Positions 48,368-64,000 of a DNA stretch of 64,000 nucleotides are shown in pieces. The notes below the pieces were generated by a model. The model searched no databases and was not told the origin of the DNA. It was given only the letters and a program-made list of their open reading frames with translations. Made by a program: the position numbers and the translations under genes. This stretch comes from Trichosphaerium sp. ATCC 40318 (taxonomy: Eukaryota > Protista > Tubulinea). Location of the stretch: the NCBI GenBank assembly GCA_038496445.1, contig JALMLS010000311.1, positions 1 to 64,000 on the forward strand. The letters are read 5' to 3'. Numbering within the stretch: the stretch's first letter is position 1; each line of letters begins with the position of its first letter.

Positions 48368-50171
48368 TTACTCAGAACTGTCTTTTAAACTCTTCACAGA
48401 CTTTTGCAGACGAGAAATAACTATCAATGCATCTGAGAGCTTGCCTTCTAGTTCATCTATACGACTTTCTAGAGACTTCTGAACATGTGAATCCAATACG
48501 TTATCAAGAACTGCAAGCTTGGAATCACCGTTAATATCTTGCGCTTCCTCTTCATCAGTGGAGCTTAGATTAAGAGAAAAGGTATCATCAGTATCACTTG
48601 AGGTTATTACATCAATTCCTAGTCCTTGTAAGCGATTAGAATAACAAAAAAGAAGTCACCTTTAGCTCGTAGTTTTTCTGCTTTTTTTCTTCTCTTTTGT
48701 TTCCTTTCTAGCTTCTTTTGCTTACGTACTTCAATAAAATGTTCTCCAACACTTTCAAATCCCCAACCAAGAATAGCAGTAGGTACCTAAAAACAAGATA
48801 ACATCAACAAACCGATTCACGAAAAGCAATAAAGCGTACAGCAAATACAGCAATAGAAAATACGCAAGTTATTCCTAACACAACTATTAACACCAAAAAA
48901 GATACTTCTAACTTGACATTGTATGCATAGAAATCTAGAGAGTACCTACTACCCATTTGCCTCCAGCAGATACTAATTCATGGGTCAGTAGAAATTACAC
49001 GGTGAATGAATTTTGACTGAATTAGGTTGCTACAAAATAACATACGTATCTCTTCATCTGGCACACCTTGCCCCGTAATAAGTAGGATACAAATATACAA
49101 AGTGTCAGGTATTGAATCAAATTTGTTAGATGGGTTATCCTTCTCTACAAAGTACAATATTGAAGCTGTAATAAGAAACAATAGCATTCCCTAATTAAAG
49201 TGTCAAATACTTGTTTGAGCACAAAACCCTGTACCATAAACAAGGTGGTTAAAAGAACCTCTCTGTTATTCTTTAAAACGCTTTTCAAAATGCTAATGGC
49301 ATGAGTGTACTTCTCAATCTGGTGACAAGTCAGCAAAGGAAAAAGTTTTTGGAAAAAAAAGTGCCTTGAACAGCCTAAAGAGCCTTGTGATACGGAACGC
49401 TAATAAGAAGGATACATTAGTATTCCCTGCAACAGCTTTTGCTATCCAGTATGGTAATATAGCCTGTATTCAAACATCAGAAAAAAAAACATAAAGCGAA
49501 CAAAAAAACTGCTCGATGGTCACGTGCCACTATGTCTATAAGAGCCATGAACGTAAACATGTATTTAATACGGCCTAATAAATATAAGCAATTCACAAAT
49601 GTGAGTGACGGTCACCAAGTATTGGTCCTCGCTGTCCAAACCTGCAAAAGTCATCAGTTTACTCTAATACGAAGTTGTATCTTTTAGTACTTTTTCTTCT
49701 CAATGCACGTATAAACCCGAATAATGTACTCAATTGTAAAGATTATCACACTCGCAAGCTCTAAGTAATCTAAGAGAGGCCCTTGATTCTTTTCTGTTCT
49801 ATATTTTGTTACTTTAGCTCCATTGTTCTTTTTAAGTACCTATCATCGCTGTAATCCACTCCTGGTATCTATTTTATTAATTATTAGATTGTAGATAACA
49901 AAAAGGATATCTGATGCGTTGTTGATCAAGATAAGCTTACCGTAGATACAATAAACATAATTACATTGCCAACAATTAGAATTATAATAAATGCTTCTAT
50001 TATGTAGTCCCATGGATGCAAGCCGCCAAAAAACAGGCTATGGAGCAAAGATCTAACTGGTTTTCTACATTTAGAGTGTCAATGTCTACATAAACTATAT
50101 GTCGCAACGTGCCCGCAATCCTTTTTATTCCTCTCTGGTTCGAAGACGGGTACAAGTGGCTCAGTATCCAT
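48368..50171 (-). CDS. 6-TM voltage-gated (Kv-like) cation channel subunit with non-canonical filter (TGQG)
   Basis: FTIEYIIRVY, LIDIVAILPYW, S4 FRITRLFRLFK, LYFVEK..FDSIP, pore LLITGQG, S6 FAVPTAILGWGFE; C-terminal coiled coil. Confidence 0.85.
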
Positions 50172-50353
50172 TTCACGCTTAAATATGAACAAAACAGTTG
50201 AAAACGACTTAATTAGTCTTCTAGATGGGAACCACAAGTCTCACCGTACGCTGCTGGTAATAGCTCATCGATTAATGAGTATATTTGGCATTTTCCTTTT
50301 TTGAAACCACAAAGAATCGTAACAATTTGGAAAGTTCCAGAGGTGTACGCAAC

Positions 50354-52233
50354 ATGGATCTTATCCTCGCTACGCCAACGATGGCGAATATGTCTAATGG
50401 CACCATGCCACCAGGCGCTGATAATAAAAACCCACTACTCGGTACGCCAATCTACACTTACGTTGTTTGTATTAACGCAGTTTTAGGGTATATAGGCATA
50501 GTTGCAGCCGCATTATGCTATGGCACTAACTTTGTACCTGTACGCTACTGTTGTTGCATATTGAAGCGTTTGTAGCTGCGTATTTGCTCTTTTGACAATT
50601 GTACAGGTTAAAAAGTTTAAAACAGGCGACGGCATGTTCTTTCAATGGGTTACATGCAAGTACGTGACAATATTGGCCTATTCTTTCCCAAAAAGCTGCT
50701 GGCTTACCATTCTAGCGCAATTTTCCTATGCTCTTTCGTTGTACTTGGTATAAGACACTTTCCTGAGTTTGAACCGCTTGTACGTGCAACAACGATCAGA
50801 AATTATTGTTTTTGACTTTTCAACTAGGCCATGGTTGGTGGTGCATTATGGGCGACAGGTTAGTGCTTTTGTTTTTGTAAATATTCACCCACGTGTATCT
50901 TACAAATTCAATAGGGAATATCGCAGCGGTTAGATTTAGTGGGGTTATGCAAAATTTCTGACATTTATCGTTATTCTAGGTGCCTATTATACATATGATT
51001 GGAATGGCACTTGCTGTTACAATGTGGGGGTTATCTAGCATGTTAATGGGATGGTCAAGTGGCTTTTTTGGACTCTATGGACTTCATAAGGTAATTGTCA
51101 ATCAATTCTTGACATTTTGCTGCCTATCACGTTTTCTGACTTTTCGATTTGTCTGTAGCAAAAAGTGAGACATGTCGCTTTAAATGTTGTTGGTGTTTGC
51201 TTTGCTGTGTTGGCAATCGTTATACTAACATTTGTAAAACCTATTGTAATGTACGAGCAAGCACGTTTAAATTGAACCTCGGCTAATTGAGTTGCACCTT
51301 GTAGTAAGCCAGGTGAAAAGAAAAAGAAGAAGAACTCAGGAGGCATTCTGTAAGAACTAAAGAATTCCTTAACAATCTTGCTAATACTGATTGTTTTAGT
51401 ACAACATCTAGCGACAATGAAGATTGGGGTACTATTTAATTCATATTTCTATTCTCATTGATACAGACAACTTGCCAAAGGAAACTGATAATCTAATAAA
51501 CGGGAGTGATTCCGGAGACAGAGGAACAGAGACATCAATTCTTGACAAGGTCGTCTGACTTGTCACACAACTTAGTTTAACGCATTGTAGATTCCAAAAC
51601 GATTACGACACGTTGTGGGTATCGTTAGCGCTCTTGTTGTAGGCCTAATGTACGGTAACTCCTTCAATCCTGTACAACACATGATTGACAATGACCCTAC
51701 TAAATCCAGACACTGTACGACTACCGAAAGAAACTAGTTTGAGTTACTAATACTACCAAAATTAGATTTGGATTATTGCTTTGCATTCTTTTGTGGTATA
51801 TGGTTAGCGAGTACATTTTGGTTTATAGTGTACTGCTTCCTTAAAAAAAACAAACCAGACATTTACCCTAAAGCTATTTTACCAGGCATTGCTTCAGGTA
51901 CATAAAAAAAAACTCGCTTGAAAGAACTTTTCTTTTTTTTTTCTGATAGTCTTTGTAGGTGTATTATGGGCAATTGCTGAAATAGGATGGTTTGTTGCAA
52001 ATCAGAATTTGCAATATGTTGTTACATTTCCATTAATAACAACGTCTCCTGGTATAGTAGCAGCAGTATGGGCTGTTGTTGTATTCAAAGAAATCACTGG
52101 TTTAAAAAACTATTTGATTCTTACTGCTGGCTTTGCGTCCGTTATTGTTTGTGGTGTACGTTTAAAACGTTAATGTCTGGGTCTGTTTATGTACTGACGT
52201 TGATTTTAGGTTTGCGTTGGGCTATCTCACTAG
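50354..52233 (+). CDS. TMEM144: Transmembrane protein 144-like (DMT-superfamily transporter); multi-exon
   Basis: YGTNFVPVKKFKTGDGMFFQW, AMVGGALWATGN, LMGWSSGFFGLYGL, PGIVAAVWAVVVFKEI. Confidence 0.88.
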
Positions 52234-52631
52234 AATGCCAATATAATACTGGCAGCGCTTGCAACCCAATAGGTGCAATCGTATAAGCGATTTCGCTTCC
52301 ACAAAGGTGTAAAAAATACGAAACGAACAACTAAGAATAAACTCCTTGCGCGTAGCGCGTAGTTGTAAACAACGAACGATTAAGTTATCCACATTGTAGA
52401 TAGGTCATGCCTATTGATAGAACAAAAGCTGCTTTTGCTCCAAAACTAACGCAAGGTTTAGGCTGTTAGTTACCATTTAAAATAATTGTCATTAGTTAGT
52501 GGACGCAACAGTGTACAGTTTCAAGCGTTATGTGGAACGATGTTGAAATTTATGAAATAAAACAATTCCATTGGTAGCTAATACACAACTGGGATAACTC
52601 CTTGCTGTTACACACCCCAAAGCGAGGCGCA

Positions 52632-54578
52632 ATGGCTTGCTGTATGAGCTCCAGCCATGGCCAAAAGGAAAAAAATAATCAAATAAACGCTGATTTGCGC
52701 AATGGCAAACAGGAAATGTCGAAAACAATCAATTTATTGTTATTGGGTACGTCTAATTCGCGACATGTTTGAAGCACTAATTTAAGTAAAAACAGGTACA
52801 GGAGACTCAGGTAAAAGTACATTCGCCAAAGTACGCTGTGAGTTGCCCAGGGCGTTAATTTTTAACCAATAATTTAAAGCAAATGAAATTGATACATGCG
52901 GGTGGCTTTACAAAAACTGAGACGGAGAAGTATAAGCACGTCTTACGTGACGCTACGTTAAAAAACATGAAAAAGCTCGTGCACGGCCTTAAACAAAATC
53001 ACACTTGTCCCAGTGGCATGAAGGTAACCAGTTTTACAACGCCATCTGGATTTTCCACCAGTTTACCCCTGTTAGAAACATTTTGCCAGAATTATGGACT
53101 CAACGGAGCCAGGTGAGGTGCGTTTCAAACGTCAATGTAAGCAAGAGTGCTTATACTATGTCAGGATGTTTTAAAGGCAATACAACACGTGTGGAAGAAT
53201 AAGAAGGCAAAGGATTTCTTTAAAAATAAGCGAGCAGAACTATCAATATCATGCCAAGCAGATTAGTACGTAACAGTACAAAAAAAAACTTTCTACAACT
53301 GCTGTCGATGCATACCTAATTTCCTTTTTGGTCTTATAATTTTATCTCAATAGCTATTTCGAACAAGCAGAGAGGTATTTCGCTGATGATTTCGAGCCTA
53401 CAGAAGAGGACATACTAAGGTACATTTTAAAAGTAATTTCATAATAAAAACGTACCAACAAATCGAGTAACGGACAAACTATTACTGCGACGTGTTGGAT
53501 GAAATCACAATTTTTTTTTTTCCTTTTTTCTTACCATACCTAAAAAGACAGCTAACAATTCTCTATTTTTTCTCTTTAACGTCTTCCCTAAGGGCAAAAC
53601 AAAAGACAACTGGAGTAGTAGAAACAATTTTTAATGTTCAAGGCGTCAAATTGAAACTCATTGATGTTGGTGGACAGCGTACTGAGAGGCGTAAATGGTT
53701 ACATTGCTTTGAAGATGTTACCGCTGTTATTTATGTTGCTAGTTTGGAAGAGTGTACGCCACTTAGTAAACATTATATTACTACGTACTAAAAACCTTTT
53801 GTAGACGACGCAGTTCTTGAAGAAGACCCCACACAGAACCGGTAAGGATAATCATCGCTCTTTGGCGTATTTAACAACTAATGTCATGAATAGCATGGAG
53901 GAAGCTTTATCTTTATTTTCTGAAGTGTCAGGTACAGCTTCGCGGTTGTTGAATTTCTGAATTCGTGTGTAATATAATTTTTGTTAATACTGTGTACTGT
54001 AGGTTCTCCATTTTTTAGAGATGCGGGGTTTATGCTGTTTTTAAATAAAAAAGATCTTTTTCAGCAAAAAATAGAAGAGGACTCGGCAGGCCTCAAAAAA
54101 CTATTTGCTGATTACGATGGTACGTATTTATACGATAAAACACAACCACGCGCTATTTTTTGTCCAAATTTACTTTTTTGTACTAAATAATAAATAATAA
54201 CCGCGTTATTAGGTGGTGAGGACTATGATAAAGCAAGTAATTTTATTCAAGAGAAATACCAAGATAAATTCAACGGACACGTTCTATACCCACCTTACAC
54301 CACAACGGCCGTTGACAGAAATAATATTAAAGTGTACGTACGCTAAAATAGACTTGATAACCTACGAGACTCACGAAGAATCCCGGGTTTAAAACACAAC
54401 ATAACCAAAAAAAATCCTCGTAGCCACACTATTTTATCACGCTTTGGAATCACGTGAACTACCAGTTTTTTGACAAAACATTCTTAGTACTTCTTACTAA
54501 TCTATTCTTTTTAGAGTAATGTCGACCGTTTTAGATATTCTTATACGAGCTGCGGTTGAAAATACAACTGCGGTATAG
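52632..54578 (+). CDS. Heterotrimeric G-protein alpha subunit; multi-exon
   Basis: MACCMS N-terminus; LLLLGTGDSGKSTFAKQMK; DILRAKQKTTG; DVGGQRTERRKWLHCFEDV; LFLNKKDLF; TTAVD. Confidence 0.95.
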
Positions 54579-55682
54579 GATAATTTTATTAGTGTCGTAA
54601 AACTGTGTACAAAAAAAAAAAAAACAAAAACAAAAAGGAGAAAACGAAAAAATCCACAGTCTTGTATTGTAAATAGAATAGCTTTTTGCCTGTGTTATAC
54701 AAGTGGTTTAGTAAGTTGAGCTTAAAATACTGTGCCGGTACGTATTTTGAAGTACCTTGTTTATGGCTCACAAAGTGTTTGGTAGCTAATTTGAAATATA
54801 GTCGTCATTGCACTTGCGTCTTGAAGAGGCACTGCGAAATGACTAATCTGTTTTTGTCGTGCATAGCTGAGGGATACCAAGCACATATACCTTTGTAAAT
54901 GTTCTCCTCTTGTTGCCAATCGTCAAGGAGTCCCTTACTAGGTTAAGAATCAACAAAGAATTTAGAACATGGTATGTTATTAATAACATCAGTTCTGTAC
55001 CGCGTTTATGACCAGTAAATAAGCGAAGGTAGACATCGTAGGTATCCAAAGCTCACTGGAACAAAAGTACCCAAAAGAAGTTTGAGTACTACGTGGCAAC
55101 ACACGCTGACATTGAACTAACAAAATTGGCAAAGTGTCAAAATGTCATTTTGACACGTTCACTGAATAGAGTCATGTAATGACCTTACAACACTGTTTGC
55201 CCTAACGCCATTGCATCGCGTTCCGCAAAAATCCGCTTGTTCGTGGGTTGTACTGAGTTGCTTACGTTAGCAATTTAAGCTGGAGAGTACTGATGGATCG
55301 TTCTTGTATGTGCTGTTTTAACATAGCACTCGCTCCCTTGCTTACCAATGCGTGAAGACAACATGAATATCATGCTTCAAGTTGATGTCATTTAAGAAAG
55401 ACGTGATTGGCACGTTGCTCCAGCGCATTTTACTACTGGAGGTATTGCACGAGCAATTATACGCGTTGTTTGTAGCATGGCCAAATTTCGCATAGATCTC
55501 TTAATTTGAAAACTGTCTGTCGCCTTGTGTAGCGTACAAAGTGCTTTCATTGCAAGTCCAAGCGTATGGCACTCTTTTTACGGTCATTACAGACCTCAAT
55601 AGCTATTAGCTGTGCAAAACTAAGTACAAGTCAACAGAAATCGTATCAGATTATCAAATACGCTTGGTATAGGCATAACAAA

Positions 55683-57095
55683 ATGGCATATCGCTTGGTA
55701 AGCAATGCTGTTACAAAAGCGCTAAAAGGCAAAGTCATTGCTAAACAAATCACCCCATACCTACCAAGCGCATTTGGATACAACAATTCGCTCGTCTTCC
55801 AACAATATAGGTAAGTTTTGTGGCATTTCCTAAATTCACAGTTGTAGATCCCGTGTAAGTATTGGTACCTTCACGGCAGACAATCTAGGAAGTCCACTCA
55901 GACATTTAATGCCATTTATGTGCCTATCTGGTCTCGCCGTTGTGTTCTGGGGTATGTATGTACCTTTAATACAATCACCACGCGTAAGGGCGTATCATCC
56001 GCCTAAACGATCGCTGTTCAGAAAAGTAGCACAAAGATACCCTTATTCCCACTGCTACCGCGTCAGGTACTCATAAACGAACGCTTTAGCGCTATTTCTT
56101 CAAATGACATTGACAGTCACTCAACTTGATTGTAGCATTGATGAATTCAAAGACCACAACGAACTAAAAGAAGGAGAGCAGGTTAGACAATTTATGAGGA
56201 AGTTTGTTCAAACAACTCCACCATGGGCATTGTTTTTCATTGGAGTACGTTAATACGCGTAGAAAATAACTATTATTAATAACTATAACCAGTGGCGCGA
56301 TTTCTTCGCTAACAGGCTAGCATTATCTGCTGTTACACTTAAAGACCCAAAAACACAAACTATCAAGATGAGTGATGAGCTAGAGCGAGGAGAACCAGCA
56401 TTTGGTATGTGTTCTGTCTTTTTTTTAGAGTAGCAGGTTTATTAATAACTTCCAAAATAGGCAACATTAAATTTCTTGATTCTGAAGGTGAGGATATTCT
56501 ACTTGGTATTAACGACCGCGCATACAGATTACGCGTTGGTTTCACTGTACAACCAGTACCAGAGGTAATTTTTTTTGTAAAATAGAGGATACTTATGTGA
56601 CTGTCATTCTTAAAATATTCTTTTTATTAGGATGATTCTGAGGGTAAACAAAAAGATGAAAGAGGTTACTATGTGAGTCTTTCTCTTGCTTACAAAAGCG
56701 AAAATTGGTGGGGAGCATTAACCAAGTGGCCTTGTACGTTAAACAAAAAAAAAAACTGCGCGCGCTCTTTGTTGAAAAAAAAATCAAAGAAAAAAGAACA
56801 CTTCTGTTCACAAAACTGCAACAAATCTCAGTGTTCTTATCCTTTTTTTTAAATAGGTATCTGGGCTCATTGGTGGGTTGCTCGTCTTATGTTACAAAGA
56901 ACTTGTTTTGATATTGAGACCGAGACAGGAATGATACGACAGGATAACTATATTATTTACGATTATGAAGACCATAGAACAGAAGATTTTAGAAAGATTG
57001 CTGATGAACTTCATACTAGACAAGCTAATTTTGAAATAGAGCTTGCTCTTAAAGAGGAACAAGAAGAGGAGGCAAGAAAAAACGCAAGTGCATAA
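55683..57095 (+). CDS. Hypothetical protein, probably mitochondrial membrane protein; multi-exon
   Basis: Basic/hydroxyl-rich, acid-free N-terminus (MAYRLVSNAVTKALKGK...QQYR), hydrophobic LMPFMCLSGLAVVFW segment, and a continuous spliced frame to TAA 57095. Confidence 0.6.
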
Positions 57096-57205
57096 AAAAT
57101 AAACAAGGAGAAAAATTTTTGTTTTTTGAATTGCTTCTTGAGAGAAACTAAAGACACTACAAACAACATCGATATGTTAAAGCTGTAACTATATTCATAA
57201 GTTTC

Positions 57206-62408
<5,203 letters not shown>

Positions 62409-63410
62409 CGTGAAGTCTCCTCTCCCTAAAAATGAAATGTCGGAATAAGAGTCGAAACCCAAAAAACTAGTAGTGCGAACCTTCGACAAGTTCAAGTCAG
62501 CAACAACAAGTGTCAATGTTTCTAATTGACTCTCTTTTCGCGTTATACCAGATCTAATTCTTAATTTGAATGTTATTTTATCCTTTGCCAGGTCATTTAT
62601 TTTAATCCTGGTGATGTAGGTTATATTTTGTAGTAAAAATGGAACAATGAAGTTGGTTCTTCCTTCAAACTTTTTTTTTTTTTTTCGAAAAAACAAGAAC
62701 TCTCTTTTTGTTTTGTAAACGCACTTATGTGTAGAGTTGAAGTGAGGTCTCTCGTTTATAGACTTTTTAAGCTAAAATGTAATTAGTTTTAATAATGTTT
62801 TTTTTTGTTTTTGTAATTCTTGTGATCACGTGCTTTAGTCTTCTCGCTGAAAGCGCCTTTTTCAACTTTAATATAAGTTGAGTACCCTCCTTTAATTTTT
62901 TACGCGTTAATCAATTGTACAGAGTGTTTATAATTGTATACATACCTTCCTTGTATTTCGAAGGGTAAACAGCCTCCTTTATCTTTACGATAAGCATAAG
63001 CTTTCTTCGTTACAAAAGGGACATTAAAAATAACGCTTTAATTCACAATATTGTTTAAGGAAAAACTACTAATTAACTGATAGTGTAGGCTTAATGTATT
63101 GTCTATTGTATAGCTAGCAACTAGCGAACCATTGTGATGCACATGATGGTGTAGTTCGCGACTATTTTCCTTGTGAAACCTAGTTTTTCTTTATTTATTG
63201 GGGCGTTAGACCCACATATGAGAAATTTGCGTTGAGAAGTTCCTTGTAGGAAGTTGTAGTTCGCAAAAGATCTCAAGCAGTTACTTAAAAATTCCTTATT
63301 GAATCTAATATCACGTGATTGCAAGAAAAACTGTAGAAATACAACACCACAGCCGTAGCGTTGCATCTAATGTCTGGTAGAACAGTTTGCTTGCAATCAC
63401 TGATTTTCGA

Positions 63411-64000
63411 CTAACTGCCACTACATCAAACAAGTCTACTATTTATTTTCGCTTTTTATTATACAACTATTCTTATGTATACTTACTAAAAGAAGCATGT
63501 ATTGAACCTTGGTCCAATCAATGACAGTAACACAGGTAAAAGGATAAGTCCATGCAGTGTGCCAACTATAATAACCAAGAAGTACATTCTGAAAAAGTAT
63601 ACTTCAAAAATTTGGTACTTAGCAAATGCAAGCACAAACACACCCATTAGTGTAGACAATCCACCAGAAATGACAGAATGTCCAAGACCTGAAAAATATT
63701 AAGCTCAACGGATAAAATCACGATTAACTTACGGTGTAATGCATGGGATGCTCTCTCTGTTCTTGTACCATCCTTCTTCAACATAAATGCTCTGGTCACA
63801 TGAGCTACAAACTCAACACTTAATCCAACACCCCTTTTTTAAATACAATTAGCTAAGGCAGTCTAAGAAGAAAAAAAGGTGTCCGTACATGATTAAATTG
63901 ACTGCTGATAAAGGATTGAGAGCAATATTCCAAGCAGCCATGAGGGCTGCTGTGTCAACTATTATAGCGATGATCACCAAGACACAAAGTACAGAAGCGA
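63411..64000 (-). CDS. NPC1/Patched-family sterol-sensing transporter, 3' end only
   Basis: WNIALNPLSAVNLI, GLSVEFVAHVTRAF, GHSVISGGLSTLMGVFVLAFAKYQIFEVYFFRMY...HGLILLPVLLSLIGP. Exact stop uncertain (63411 or about 63486). Confidence 0.88.

Noticed and set aside
52384-52392. TTATCCACA (DnaA box; also at about 15171)
   Set aside because: Isolated 9-mers in eukaryotic DNA, one inside coding sequence; expected by chance.
54600-55480. Possible small minus-strand gene (MLQTTRIIARAIPP... start, splice-like signals)
   Set aside because: Could not build a single consistent spliced frame or recognise a domain; needs RNA-seq.

Overview
Eukaryotic (protist) nuclear DNA using the standard genetic code (TAA, TAG and TGA all close genes). 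The lineage is probably amoebozoan-like, inferred from GTACG/GTGCG donors and the signalling gene set; this is not proven. Bases 1-4259 hold the 5' part of a very divergent rDNA unit on the minus strand (18S about 2.65 kb, ITS1, 5.8S, ITS2, 5' end of 28S). About 3 kb of ETS/IGS with repeated, co-varying hairpins follows. From about 7.3 kb the window is a dense run of about 20 intron-rich genes (introns mostly 45-90 nt), which I spliced by hand, so internal exon boundaries are predictions. Genes: TKL-type kinase, TM-anchored FG nucleoporin, CDK8, SDR, plexin-like TM-RasGAP, Nup88-like, CH-CH-DH-PH RhoGEF, GT10-like glycosyltransferase, PH-F-box protein, ALDH3, Kv-like channel, TMEM144, G-alpha, formin and a partial NPC1-like gene. 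Best candidate for an undescribed system: three paralogues sharing an approximately 70-aa Trp-rich repeat. One has repeats only, one is fused to a RAP/Vsr-like PD-(D/E)XK domain, and one has a mitochondrial-type presequence plus a YacP/Rae1-type NYN nuclease domain that only appears after splicing. Together they form a modular repeat-plus-nuclease family analogous to PPR-NYN (PRORP) and OPR/HPR-RAP proteins. Other highlights: a plexin-like receptor, a POM121-like nucleoporin, a compensatory swap in the near-universal 18S central pseudoknot, and strong CACGTG enrichment.
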